The notes under the pieces were generated by a model. That model saw nothing but the letters and a program-made list of their open reading frames with translations. It had not been told where the DNA came from and ran no database searches. A stretch of DNA of 64,000 nucleotides, from NCBI RefSeq assembly GCF_006345805.1, contig NC_043003.1, positions 79,732,001 to 79,796,000 of the forward strand. Direction: 5' to 3'. Below are positions 13,555 to 24,290 of this stretch, piece after piece; position 1 is the stretch's first letter, and every line of letters starts with the position of its first letter. The position numbers were made by a program, and so were the translations under genes. This DNA is from Octopus sinensis (Eukaryota).

Positions 13555-13599
13555 GACCTGTATCACAGTGATTAATACTTACGTACTCATCAGCAGGCC
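13555..13599 (-). ncRNA. Hammerhead motif, unit 3, core damaged
   Basis: CUGAUGA and stems are intact, but GAAA is changed to UAA. Confidence 0.7.
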
Positions 13600-14029
13600 T
13601 GAATATATTATAAATAAACAACGACCCTGCCCCGCTTAAGCCGATCAGCTAACTGCTCGACATCAACGAAGCACATGGGTGAGTTTACATATTTACATCC
13701 GGATAAATGGCAAACTTTTACGAATTGCATTTCGGGAGAGGAAAAGTTTTTTCGGAATAAAAATTTAGCAATTAGGACAACTACTAATAAGGAAAACTTA
13801 ACAAAAATTGTCAGGTAGATAGCGTAAAAACCTCATAAGAGAAAAAATTTCGAAAATAATTATTCTTATTGAACATATTAATTTATATATAGAGGGCATT
13901 ATACATACATGCCAGAAGGCATTATACATGCATGCCAAACGCTAAGAGGGACAATTAGTCATTTCTACCAAAAATATTACTAATCCCACCGAATGCAATT
14001 TTTCAAAGTAAGACATTTAAAAAAATATA

Positions 14030-14074
14030 GACCTGTATCACAGTGTTTCATACTTACGTACTCATCAGCAGGCC
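14030..14074 (-). ncRNA. Hammerhead motif, unit 4
   Basis: CUGAUGA and GAAA are intact, with a GUAA tetraloop. One U is missing from stem III. Confidence 0.75.
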
Positions 14075-14155
14075 TGAATGTATTATAAATAAACAACGAC
14101 CCTGCCCCGCTTAAGCCGATCAGCTAACTGCTCGACATCAACGAAGCACATGGGT

Positions 14156-15016
14156 TATTTCTTTATTATGATTATAAAAATCGATTACACAGAAGGACAA
14201 ATACAGGACATACATACAAAAAAAAACATTTAAGAGATTCGATTAAAAATTTTCATTTACATTTGAATTATTCATTATAACATAAATGTCCTTTACATGA
14301 CCAGTGGAACAAACAACAGTACATGAACTTATAATCTCACTGGAGTTTTTAACACCCCGGCGCAATTTATGAGGCCCCGCAGCTTTTATTTCCTCTCCTT
14401 CCTCCATGGTCAAGCTGGGTTTCTGACACCCACCTTTTTTTCCACTTCCTTCCATCTTTTCTCATACACACCCCGTGGTAAGATCCTCTTTTCCAGCCCC
14501 ATTTTGCTCTTCAGATGATATCTGAAGTAAGTGGGCAACCGGGCCGGAGACAAGGATCCTATCGCGGCTCCTTCCATTCTTGTTCTCCACATACATTCTT
14601 TTACTACTGCAACCGTGCAGTGAAAACATGCCTCACCTCCTTCGAGAGTCCAGTTGGCGGTATCATCTTAATCATAGACTCAGCCGACAGCTGTACTCGT
14701 CCCAGATGCGATAACACGTGTTCTGCGTAACTTATCAAGTCGGAACTTCCGACAGTGAACAAAAGCGTGCTGGACGGTTTCATCGTCCAACTCGCACCTT
14801 GGACACGTCGGTGGCACTGAAACTCCGTGCCGCGATAACTTCTCGCGAACAGGTAAAGCATTCCTATAGCACTGCCAGGCCAGGGATCTTTGGAAATTAT
14901 CCAAATACCCCGACCTGAAAGTTTTTTTAAACAGGTTGGTAAGCTGGTCTTCGTCAAACCCCAGAGCCCCTCCTAGGACGTCGTCGTTTTTTGCCTCTAC
15001 CAGCTTTCTATAAAAT
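14156..15016 (-). mobile_element. 5'-truncated L1/Tx1-clade LINE inserted into array unit 4
   Basis: 15-bp TSD acgaagcacatgggt at 14141-14155 and 15017-15031. The coding remnant DNFQRSLAWQCYRNALPVREKL...CPRCELDDETVQHAFVHC is homologous to the ORF at 38062-39933. It ends in aataaagaaata. Confidence 0.9.
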
Positions 15017-15420
15017 ACGAAGCACATGGGTGAGTTTACATATATTACATCCGGATAAATGGCAAACTTTTAAGAATTGCATTTCGGGGGAGGAAAGTTT
15101 TTTTCGGATAAAAATTTAGCATTAAGGACAACTACTAATAAGGAAAACTTAACAAGAAATTGTCAGTTAGATAGCGTAAAAACCTCATAAGAGAAAAAAT
15201 TTCGAAAATAATTATTTCTTATTGAACATATTAATTTATATATAGAGGGCATTATACATACATGCCAGAAGGCATTATACATGCATGCCAAACGCTAAGA
15301 GGGACAATTAGTCATTTCTACCAAAAATATTACTAATCCCACCGAATGCAATTTTTCAAAGTAAGACATTTAAAAAAATATAGACCTGTATCACAGTGAT
15401 TTAATACTTACGTACTCATT

Positions 15421-15920
15421 TTGTCCTTAATTGCTAAATTCTTATTCCGAAAAAACTTTTCCTCTCCCGAAATGCAATTCGTAAAAGTTTGCCATTTATC
15501 CGGATGTAATATATGTAAACTCACCCATGTGCTTCGTTGATGTCGAGCAGTTAGCTGATCGGCTTAAGCGGGGCAGGGTCGTTGTTTATTTATAATACAT
15601 TCAGGCCTGCTGATAGTACGTAAGTATGAAACCACTGTGATACAGGTCTATATTTTTTTTAAAATGTCTTACCTTGAAAAATTGCATTCGGTGGGATTAG
15701 TAATATTTTTGGTAGAAATGACTAATTGTCCCTCTTAGCGTTTGGCATGCATGTATAATGCCTTCTGGCATGTATGTATATGCCCTCTATATATAAATTA
15801 ATATGTTCAATAAGAAATAATTATTTTCGAAATTTTTTCTCTTATGAGGTTTTTACGCTATCTACCTGACAATTTCTTGTTAAGTTTCCTTATAAGTAGT
15901 TGTCCTTAATGCTAAATTCT
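15421..15920 (+). repeat. Inverted unit of the ~477-bp array (one unit plus ~20 bp terminal redundancy)
   Basis: Reverse complement of the array unit, with both ends at aatttagca(a)ttaaggacaa. The HHR motif at 15604-15648 is on the + strand (CUGAUA, GAAA). Confidence 0.9.
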
Positions 15921-15940
15921 ATCTATATCTATATATATAT

Positions 15941-15991
<51 letters not shown>

Positions 15992-16595
15992 TATATATAT
16001 TTATATATATATATATATGTACTCTCCTTTCTCTTTTATTCTACTTTACCACACGCTTCAGTCATCAGACCGCGGACATACTGAGTACCGCCTCTAGTAG
16101 AAGGAATCGATTCCCGCACCTATACTTTGTAAGCTTAGTACTTATTCTATCGGTATCTATTATTGGGATATAAACACACCTCCATCGGGTGTCGAGCGAT
16201 GGTGGGGAACAAACGTAGACACAAAGACACACACATGTAAATATATGTACATACATACACACACGCACACACACACACAACACGCGCGCGCGCACGTACA
16301 CACCACACGTGTATGTATATAAATGTGAAGGCGAACGGCCTAATACCTATGGTGCTGCACTCACTTGATCTTGAGCATAATATTTCATTTCATGTTACTG
16401 TAAGTTCATTCGACTGCAAACGGGCACACCTGCGACAGATTCACCTGACTGTGTAACCTGCACTAGTATACACAGTGCTATGAGCCAGATATAACAGGAC
16501 GCACGATAAGAAAGGTAGAAATGTTGATCGGTGCAATCTCATGTACGTCATACGTGAAGGTTCCCTTGCTAAAGTTCGTCTAATAATAACAAAGA

Positions 16596-16763
16596 TACAT
16601 TATTTACATTATTTACATTTGACGGATATTTGTCCTCATCTGGTTTATTGTTAACACATCTTTTCGGCTGATATACCCTCCAGCCTTCATCAGGTGTCTT
16701 AGGGAAATTTCGAACCTGGGTTCCCATTCCTAAGGTATTTTTCGTTGTTGTTGTTGTTATTGC

Positions 16764-16825
<62 letters not shown>

Positions 16826-16888
16826 TCACTGCCTGAAATCGAACTCGGAATCTTGGGGTTAGTAGCCCGCGCTCCTAACCACTACGCC
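16596..16888 (-). mobile_element. tRNA-head + (AAT)n + hammerhead-tail SINE-like element (left arm of palindrome)
   Basis: Head ggcgtagtggttaggagcgcgggctactaacc...gttcgatttc, then (AAT)n, then a tail with CTGATGA-A-GGCTG..CAGCC-GAAA at 16653-16698. Confidence 0.8.
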
Positions 16889-16898
16889 ACGGGCATAT

Positions 16899-16980
16899 GA
16901 CGTAGTGGTTAAGAGCGCGGGCTACTAACCTCAAGATTCCAAGTTCGATTTCAGGCAGCAACCTGAAAATAATAATAATA

Positions 16981-17012
<32 letters not shown>

Positions 17013-17176
17013 TAATAATAATAATATCTAAAAATACCTTAGGAATGAGAACTCAGGTTCGAAATTTCCCCAAGATACCTAATGAAGGCTGGAGGGTATA
17101 TCAGCCGAATCGTTGAGTTAACAACAAACAAGATGAGGACAAATATCCGTCAAATGTAAATAATGTAAATAATGTA
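16899..17176 (+). mobile_element. tRNA-head + (AAT)n + hammerhead-tail SINE-like element (right arm of palindrome)
   Basis: Reverse-complement partner of 16596-16888. The HHR at 17074-17119 has core mutations (CTAATGA, GAAT). Confidence 0.8.
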
Positions 17177-17587
17177 CACAATTCCTCATCTCTTAAATAT
17201 AAGATGTACTGAAATGATAAAAACGAACCAGAATAAATAAGATGGCATACTAAGGGTAACTGTTCGCCGCTTTATCAAAATGTGTCATATTGCGGTCATA
17301 TATATGTTATATTGATGTGACACATCAAACCACCTGGTACTTTGGTTGAACATGAACCTCTAAGTAGTGTCTGTGTGATCCGGACCATCTTAACAGCAAT
17401 TATATAACTAGTGCATTGTTTTATCCGGGGGTCTATATTAAAGTTAAAACCGTTCTGATCATACAGACGCTACTTGGACTTTGTTGTTCAAAGTGAGCCC
17501 GCCTTTGCAGCGTCTATTGTCCGGATGTCTTATTGTCGTCTGCTGCGTTCTGTTCTATTTTTGGGATATATATACATATATATATAT

Positions 17588-17657
<70 letters not shown>

Positions 17658-17663
17658 TATATA

Positions 17664-17819
17664 CACTTTATTTGTTTCAGTCATTTGACTGCGGCCACCA
17701 AAACGACCCAAGGACTTATTCTTTGCAAACCTCGTTCATATTCTAACGGTCCTTTTGCAGAACCGCTAAGTTACGAGGACGTAAACACACCAACATGTTT
17801 TGTGAAGCGATGGTGGAGG

Positions 17820-17864
<45 letters not shown>

Positions 17865-18049
17865 ACACACACACACATATATATATACATACGACATGCT
17901 TCTTTCAGTTTCCGTCTACCAAATCCATTCACAAGGCTTTGGTCGGCCCGAGGCTATAGTAGAAAACACTTGCTGAAGGTACTATGAAGTGGGACTGAAT
18001 CCGGAAACCATGTGATTGGTTAGCAAGCCAATTACCGCACAGCAACTCC
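17664..18049 (-). mobile_element. tRNA-derived SINE, family 1
   Basis: Reverse complement of the 3456-3860 family, from head to tail. Confidence 0.8.
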
Positions 18050-18062
18050 TGCGCTTATAATA

Positions 18063-18123
<61 letters not shown>

Positions 18124-18269
18124 GTATAAAGGCATAGAGAATTAATACAGATATGAAGAATAACTGTCTAAAGTGGGAGCAATCGTTAGAAATTTTGAAT
18201 AGAAAGGAGACTGTTAAAGTGTTGGATACAAAGATGGCTATAGAAAGAAGCTGTAGGATTGTTAGATGT

Positions 18270-18760
18270 TATCTTTACGTCATGAAAATTTGGAACAAAT
18301 TATTATTGCTTGGTTTCGAAGGAATATGTGAATGATGTTGTAAAGGTTCTTAAGACAGTAATTGCGCTACTTGACGTTTCCTTTATAGTCTGTGTATAGT
18401 GGTGGTGGTGGTGTGTGCGTGCGTTTGCGTGTGTGCGTGCATATATAAATATGTCCTCATAATTGCATATATATATATACACGCACATATGTGGGCGTGA
18501 GCATATATGCGCATGTACACAATATATCTGAAAAGTGCATGCGTACACATATATCGGGATTCTAATAGGATAATTTTCAAATTTACACATGGGGAAAGAT
18601 TCAACTTAAATTGTAAATTGCGAATGATAAATTTTAAATCAAATTTTCATTAAAAATTGAAAGGCAGAGTTATATTCGTAGGGTGATTAATGACGATATC
18701 GTTAGTATTTCAAACCTTTAATAGATCGATTAAAAGAAAATAATTATTTAATGAAGGAGA
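18270..18760 (+). repeat. Unclassified dispersed repeat with internal microsatellite (inverted relative at 26450-27390)
   Basis: Shared blocks in the same order: gaaaattt(g/a)gaaca; tgtaaaggt(t/c)cttaag; aaattgtaaattgc; aaatcaaattttcattaaaaatt; ggtgattaatgacgatat. Confidence 0.6.
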
Positions 18761-19018
18761 GATAAGCTTGAAATTTTCATTATGAAATAAATATTGTTTG
18801 GCTAATTGTTGATACAAAGCGAAATAAGGTTTCGAACAACAAAGGGGAATGTTAACTTAAGAGAATTTGAAGAAGAACCGTTTATGTTGGTAATAAACGG
18901 AAAATAATCGAGAAGTTCACTGAAAAGTAATTAAAGGCTTATTCTGTTGACGTATTAAGCGTTAATTTCACTGGAAGAAAAATACAAGCTTGTAACAGAT
19001 GAACAGATAAGCGTAATG

Positions 19019-19114
<96 letters not shown>

Positions 19115-19328
19115 GTGATTACGATCCCTATTGATCAACTTTTTTTTCCTCTCCCCTTTTCTTTTTTTTCCCTCTACCCCCCTTTTTTAAATCCTCCCCT
19201 TTTTTGTCCTCTTTCTTTCCTTTACGATCCCTTTGATCGAAAACCAGCCCCTCTTTTTTACCCAAAAGAAAAGCTCTACATTGTAATTTGTTCTGTCTGT
19301 GTGCAGCCTGTGTGGCTATAAAGAAACA

Positions 19329-19329
<1 letters not shown>
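19115..19329 (+). mobile_element. 3'-UTR-only copy of the Tx1-like LINE family, inside (ATCT)n
   Basis: Highly similar to 40096-40335 (gtgat(t/a)acgatccctattgatcaa...gtgtggcta(a)taaagaaacata). (ATCT)n on both sides. Confidence 0.9.
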
Positions 19330-19409
<80 letters not shown>

Positions 19410-19525
19410 GTCGTCTGTCTATCTATGTCTGTCTGTCTATCTATCTATCTATCTATCTATCTATCATCTATCTATCTATCTATCTATCTATATTATCTAT
19501 CTATCTATCTATCTACTATCTGTCG

Positions 19526-19565
<40 letters not shown>

Positions 19566-19583
19566 ATCTATTCTATCTATCTA

Positions 19584-19620
<37 letters not shown>

Positions 19621-19859
19621 GTAATATTATAATTTCAGTCCCATAACAGCCGATTCATGTTATTGAACGGTTTCATGCCGAGAAGACCTTCCTAAAGTGG
19701 AAATGTAAATTAAAAATCATCGGATATGGCTGAACCGAAAGGACTTTTTATTACTGGAGCCCAGAAATTAAGAGTGTAAACTATACTCTTCCATTCAAGC
19801 ATGTCCGTTGATTGGTAACACTGGCGAAGAAAGATTTTACTACTGGAGTAAAAGCATGT

Positions 19860-21590
19860 GTTTTAGACTAAATTGAGAATGCTGATTCCGAATCCGCACT
19901 CAGAATTCTTCCAGCACGTCATGGTTTTGAGTTATGCGAATGCACAAAATTATAACTATACTTTCGGCTAGATTGAGGCCGTATTATAAAATTTGTTTAA
20001 ATGAAAGTGGTCTTAATTCAAAATTAAAGAAATAACAGCAATAAAACAAACGAAAAGAAAGTTCATCATTTAGTTTAGCAATAGATAGCGCTGACGTATT
20101 GTGTGCTATGCCAGATACATCAGTTTGTTCTTGGTAACTCTCATTGTTGTTTGCGCTGCCGTCACGTGTGGTATGTGTATCTCTCGCTCTGTGTGATTAC
20201 TGTTTAAACTGTGTCCATTGTGTTAGATTATGAATAGGAGAGACTGTATGACTCACACAGACAACTTTTGCTCCGCGTGACCAGCGGAAGAACATTGCCA
20301 TCAAATTAAAAACTGCCTATAAATATTTTGGGTGTAAAGTTGAGGACCAAAACATGAGGTGAGCACCTCGCGTATGCTCCTCCGTGTGTTACTCAGGGTT
20401 TACACACTGGCTGAATGGAAAACGGAAGGGAATGTTGTTTGTTGTACCAATGGTATGGCGTGAGTCATCTAATCATATCTCTGATTGTTATCTTTGCATG
20501 ACTAATATTAGTGGTTACTCAAAGAAGATCAAAGAAAAATTGTGCACGCAGATTGTAAGTCGGCTTTAAAAGCGGTCCCATATGACTTTGAGAACCCTGT
20601 CCCAGCTCCCTCTTACATGTTTCACTTGAAAATCTTGACACCTCGCACGCTAAACCCCTGACTCTCCTATCGACAAAGAGTACGTAGTTGATTCTAAGAA
20701 AAATGAGCTCAGCTAGTTTAATCAAAAAGATTTGAACGATTTAGCAAGAGACCTAGCATTCTCAAAGGAGAGGACAGACGTTTTGGGATCCAAACTACAA
20801 TAACGGAATCTTCATCAGCAAGGTACGAAAATTTCCATTTTCTGTTTTCGCCATAAAGTCTTATCTGTCTTTTTCAAGCAAGAAAATAATGTTTGTGTCT
20901 CTATGGTCTCTAATGCACTCATGCAAAAACTAGGATACGTGCATGTGGCTAACGAATGGTGATTGTTAAGGTTAGCCTCAATGATGTGTTGTTGCATAAT
21001 GGTAATGAAAAAGCTTGCATTCCTGTGGGTCATATTGTCGGTATGGAAGAAACTTATGAATCGATGGAACTTATTCTGAAAGGAGTTGATTACTCAGTTC
21101 ATAAGTGGAATATTTGTGAGGATTTTAAGGTGATTTCCTTCCTCTAAGACTGTAGCTGGGATATACCAAAAATATGTGCTTCTTGTGTGCTTGGAACTGC
21201 CACGACGACAGCAATCATTACACTGTAAAAGACTGGCATAAAAGAGATGAGTGTATAGTTGGTAGGTAGAGTGTGCTACATATGCCCCATGTAGGGCCGC
21301 AAAAGATCTTCCTTCCACCCATTCACATTAGACTCGGCCTCATGAAAAACTTTGTAAAAACAATGACACACGATGGTTGAGGCTTCCAGTAACTAGAAGT
21401 AAAATTTGGTGCAGAGAAAAGTGACGGAAAACTGAAAGCAGGCATTTTCATAGGACCCGAGATCAGAGAATTGATACTGATAGCAAATTCAGAGGTAAAC
21501 GGAATCCAGTTGAGCTGACGACATGGGATTTAGACGCATTAGTTGTACAGAACTTTCAAGGAAATCAAAGAGCTGAAAACTATGGTGTTA
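19860..21590 (+). pseudogene. Chapaev3-like (CMC superfamily) DNA transposon, decayed transposase
   Basis: Motifs AYKYFGCK.EDQ, WLNGKRKGM.FVVPMVWRE..NH.SDCY.C.TNISG, LNDLARDL.FSKE, SLNDVLLHNGNEKACIPVGH, KWNICEDFKVI, PPIHIRLGLMKNFVK, KLKAGIFIGPEIREL. The family name is from recall. Confidence 0.75.
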
Positions 21591-21651
21591 ACGTATTTGA
21601 GTAAAATTAGGTTAATGTGTCCGGCTGATTAAAATTCTATGTACTTATTTG

Positions 21652-21706
21652 TGCAGCTGATGATAGCCCTGCATTTAAATTGATGTAATGATTACATTGT
21701 ACTGCA
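21652..21706 (+). repeat. Degenerate copy of the 59170-59261 hammerhead element (GAAAC segment deleted)
   Basis: tgcag-CTGATGA...gtactgca, with flanks (21600-21740) matching 59110-59300. Confidence 0.6.
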
Positions 21707-21765
21707 TCACTTCTTCATATCATGTTGCTTATTTTGATATACACACACACACACCACACACACAC

Positions 21766-21808
<43 letters not shown>

Positions 21809-21834
21809 ACGCACACATACAACACACACACACA

Positions 21835-21896
<62 letters not shown>

Positions 21897-21904
21897 GTGT
21901 GTAA

Positions 21905-23361
21905 CGGGAAGCTTTATGAAAATAAACAAAAGACGAAGGCAGGTGGAGTACAAACAAACAATTGTATTAGTATGGCGCTCAGGAATATAAATAAAACAAG
22001 TCCTTTACGTTTCGAGCCTACGCTCTTCAACAGAAAGATACACAGAGAAGAAACACAGAAAGAAGGAGAGAAAAAAATGCGTGCAGAGGCTAGCGAATCA
22101 ACATGGCGATCTGATTTCGGCCAGAAGTCAAAGATCAAACGTGAGACGCAAGATCGAAATTAGGGGAGATAATAGGGTTAAATGACCTCACCCCAACATA
22201 AGAGTGTGTGTGTGTGTATGAGAGAGTATTAGTGCGTATGAGAGGTCTGGACGTGTGTATGTATATATGATGAGATGTGTAAAGTCGTATGGTGTAGTGT
22301 AGAGAGAGGAGATGAGGGGGAGAGGGGAGGAGGAGGGGTGATGTGTAAAGTCGTATGGTGTAGTGTAGAGAGAGGAGATGAGGGGAGAGGGGAAGAGAGG
22401 GGAGGTAAGGGGGAGAGAGAGAGGAGAGATGAGGGGGGAGAGATGGGAGGGGGAGATGAGATGATGGGGAAGGGGGAGATGGAGGAGGGAGAAGAGGGGA
22501 GAGAAGGGGAGAAGGAAGGAGAGGAGAAGAGGAGGGGAGAGGAGGAGGGAGGATAGAGGGAGAGGGAGAGAGAGAGAGAGAGAGAAGGGGAGTGAGGGAG
22601 CAGAGAGAAAGAGGGAAGGGGAAGAGGGAAGAAGAAAGAGGGAAGAAGGGAAGAGGAGTAGGGGTGAAAGGATGAAGGACTGAGAGAAGTAGGGGTCGGG
22701 GGGGAAGGTTAGATGAGGAGGGGGGAGACGGGGGTTAGTTGAGGAGGGGGGAGAGTTGAGACCAAACGGCGTGAAAGAGCGAAGAGAGAAGATTAATTCC
22801 TGTTCACGGCGCAAACGGGAATCCGGATGGCCTCTTGCAAGGACAAACCGAACACAGACAGGTGTTGCAAGGAGTGACCGGGGGAGCAGAATGGCGTGAG
22901 ACCGGTGTGTCGTTGGCAAGGCGGATGTCACGGAGGTGTTCGCGAACCGGTCAGCCAAGCGGCGTCCGTTGTCCGAGGTACAGGGAATGGCAGAGAGAGC
23001 AAGAGACGCAATAGATAATATTGCTGGATGTGCAGGTGAAGGAGTTGATGATGCGATAGGGTCGATGATGGGTGCCAGTGAGGAGGGTGGTGTTGGAGAG
23101 GTAAGAGCAAGTGCGGCAACGTGGGCGGGAGCAGGGGAACGAGCCAGGTTGGGAAGTAGGGTCAGGGAAGGAGCTATGGACCAAAAGGTCTCGTAGGTTA
23201 TGGGCTCGTTTGAAAGAGGGGAGGGGTCGGTTAGGGAAGAGGTGTGAAGTGGACGGGTCGGACTGGAGATGACGGAAAGCTCGAAGAATGGTGCGTTGGA
23301 GAGGTAGGGTCGTGGGTGGTAAGTGAGGGGAAAAGGGAGGCGGGAGACTACAGGGCGGGTT

Positions 23362-23366
<5 letters not shown>
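21905..23366 (-). mobile_element. Penelope-like element (Neptune-like), 5'-truncated: GIY-YIG endonuclease + 3' terminal repeat
   Basis: Coding remnant ~22750-23345: FKRAHNLRDLLVHS..FPCSRPRCRTCSY..FTCTSSNIIYCVSCSLCHSLYLGQ.GRRLADRFA..HLRDIR..RLRREQELIFSLRSFTPFGLN. It is followed by a pyrimidine-rich UTR and an HHR-like terminal repeat, and is bounded by microsatellites. Confidence 0.85.
22001..22038 (-). ncRNA. Minimal type I hammerhead variant in PLE terminal repeat
   Basis: UCUUU-CUGUUGA-A-GAGC(GUAG)GCUC-GAAA-CG-UA-AAGGA. Stem III is the palindrome ACGU, and position 6 is U rather than A. Confidence 0.6.
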
Positions 23367-23414
<48 letters not shown>

Positions 23415-23586
23415 CATGTGTTGTATGTAGGGTGTTAATGTGGCTGCCCGCCTAGCCAACGGAGCGATATATCTTGAAAACTAAAACAATGCAAAGAATC
23501 GTATTGTGACCAGCAGTATATAAATGTATAACAACATTCGATGGTCTAGTGGATGCAGTGATATACAGGGTACGTTATATATATAT

Positions 23587-24290
23587 ATTGCAAAGTCAGA
23601 CAAAACATTTAACAGGCTGCACAAGAGTTTGGGAATAATAATCATCTTAAGATCAGCACAAATGTCAGAGTCTTCAGGACCGTCGTCATCATGATGCTCC
23701 TATATGGCTCTGAGTTCTGGGTCCCCTACCGCCGTCATCTTAGGCTCCTTGAATGTTTTCACAAACGCTGCCTTCGTACCATGCTCAACATCTACTGGAG
23801 CGATGACATCACCAACACTGAGGTCTCCAAGCGAGGAAAGGTCACTAGTCTGCAAGCCATTTTACTTGGGGCACAACTACGTTGAGCTGGACACGTTGAC
23901 AGGATGAAAGACCACAGCTTACCCAAGATCATCATGTATTGCGAGCTAACCACTGGCCACAGCAACAAAGGTGGGGGGCAGCAGAGAAGCGTTACAAGGA
24001 CTGCCTGAAGCAGTCCCTTAGCGTTTGTGGCATTGATTATCGTGAGTGGTCCATATAACAGCTGACTGTTGTGCTGCTTGGCACACCTTACCATCAGCGA
24101 TGCTGATTCCTCCTTTGAGATCACCCATAGTGCCTCTCCTGAAGACAAACGTCAGAGGCGAAAAAATATGCAGCTGTATCATTAGACCCTGAACAATCAT
24201 ACCTCTGTCATCATTGCAGTCATACATCTGTCATCATTGCAATCGGATAAGTCGATCCCACATCAGCCTCATCAGCCACGATGAAAAATA
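23587..24290 (+). mobile_element. RTE-clade LINE 3' fragment (copy 1)
   Basis: LLYGSEFWVPYRRHLRLLECFHKRCLRTMLNIYWSDDITNTEV..QLR.AGHV.RM..LPK..MY.EL, typical of an RTE/BovB-like C-terminus. Confidence 0.8.

Larger units (their letters stand above)
12453..15419 (-). repeat. ~477-bp tandem repeat array with one hammerhead ribozyme per unit (retrozyme-like satellite)
   Basis: Unit marker gagggcattatacat at 12460, 12939, 13418, 13892 and 15245. Periods are 479, 479, 474, and 477 after removing the LINE and its TSD. Each unit has an HHR motif on the minus strand. Confidence 0.95.

Noticed and set aside
16899-16967. SINE heads as functional tRNA genes (also 44797-44864, 3456-3530 and others)
   Set aside because: They have A/B boxes and an anticodon-like loop but no complete acceptor stem, and they run directly into repeat bodies.
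22188-23459. 423-aa minus-strand ORF as a host gene
   Set aside because: It is a chimera of microsatellite, mostly out-of-frame PLE sequence and pyrimidine-rich UTR. The PLE protein is read in other frames.
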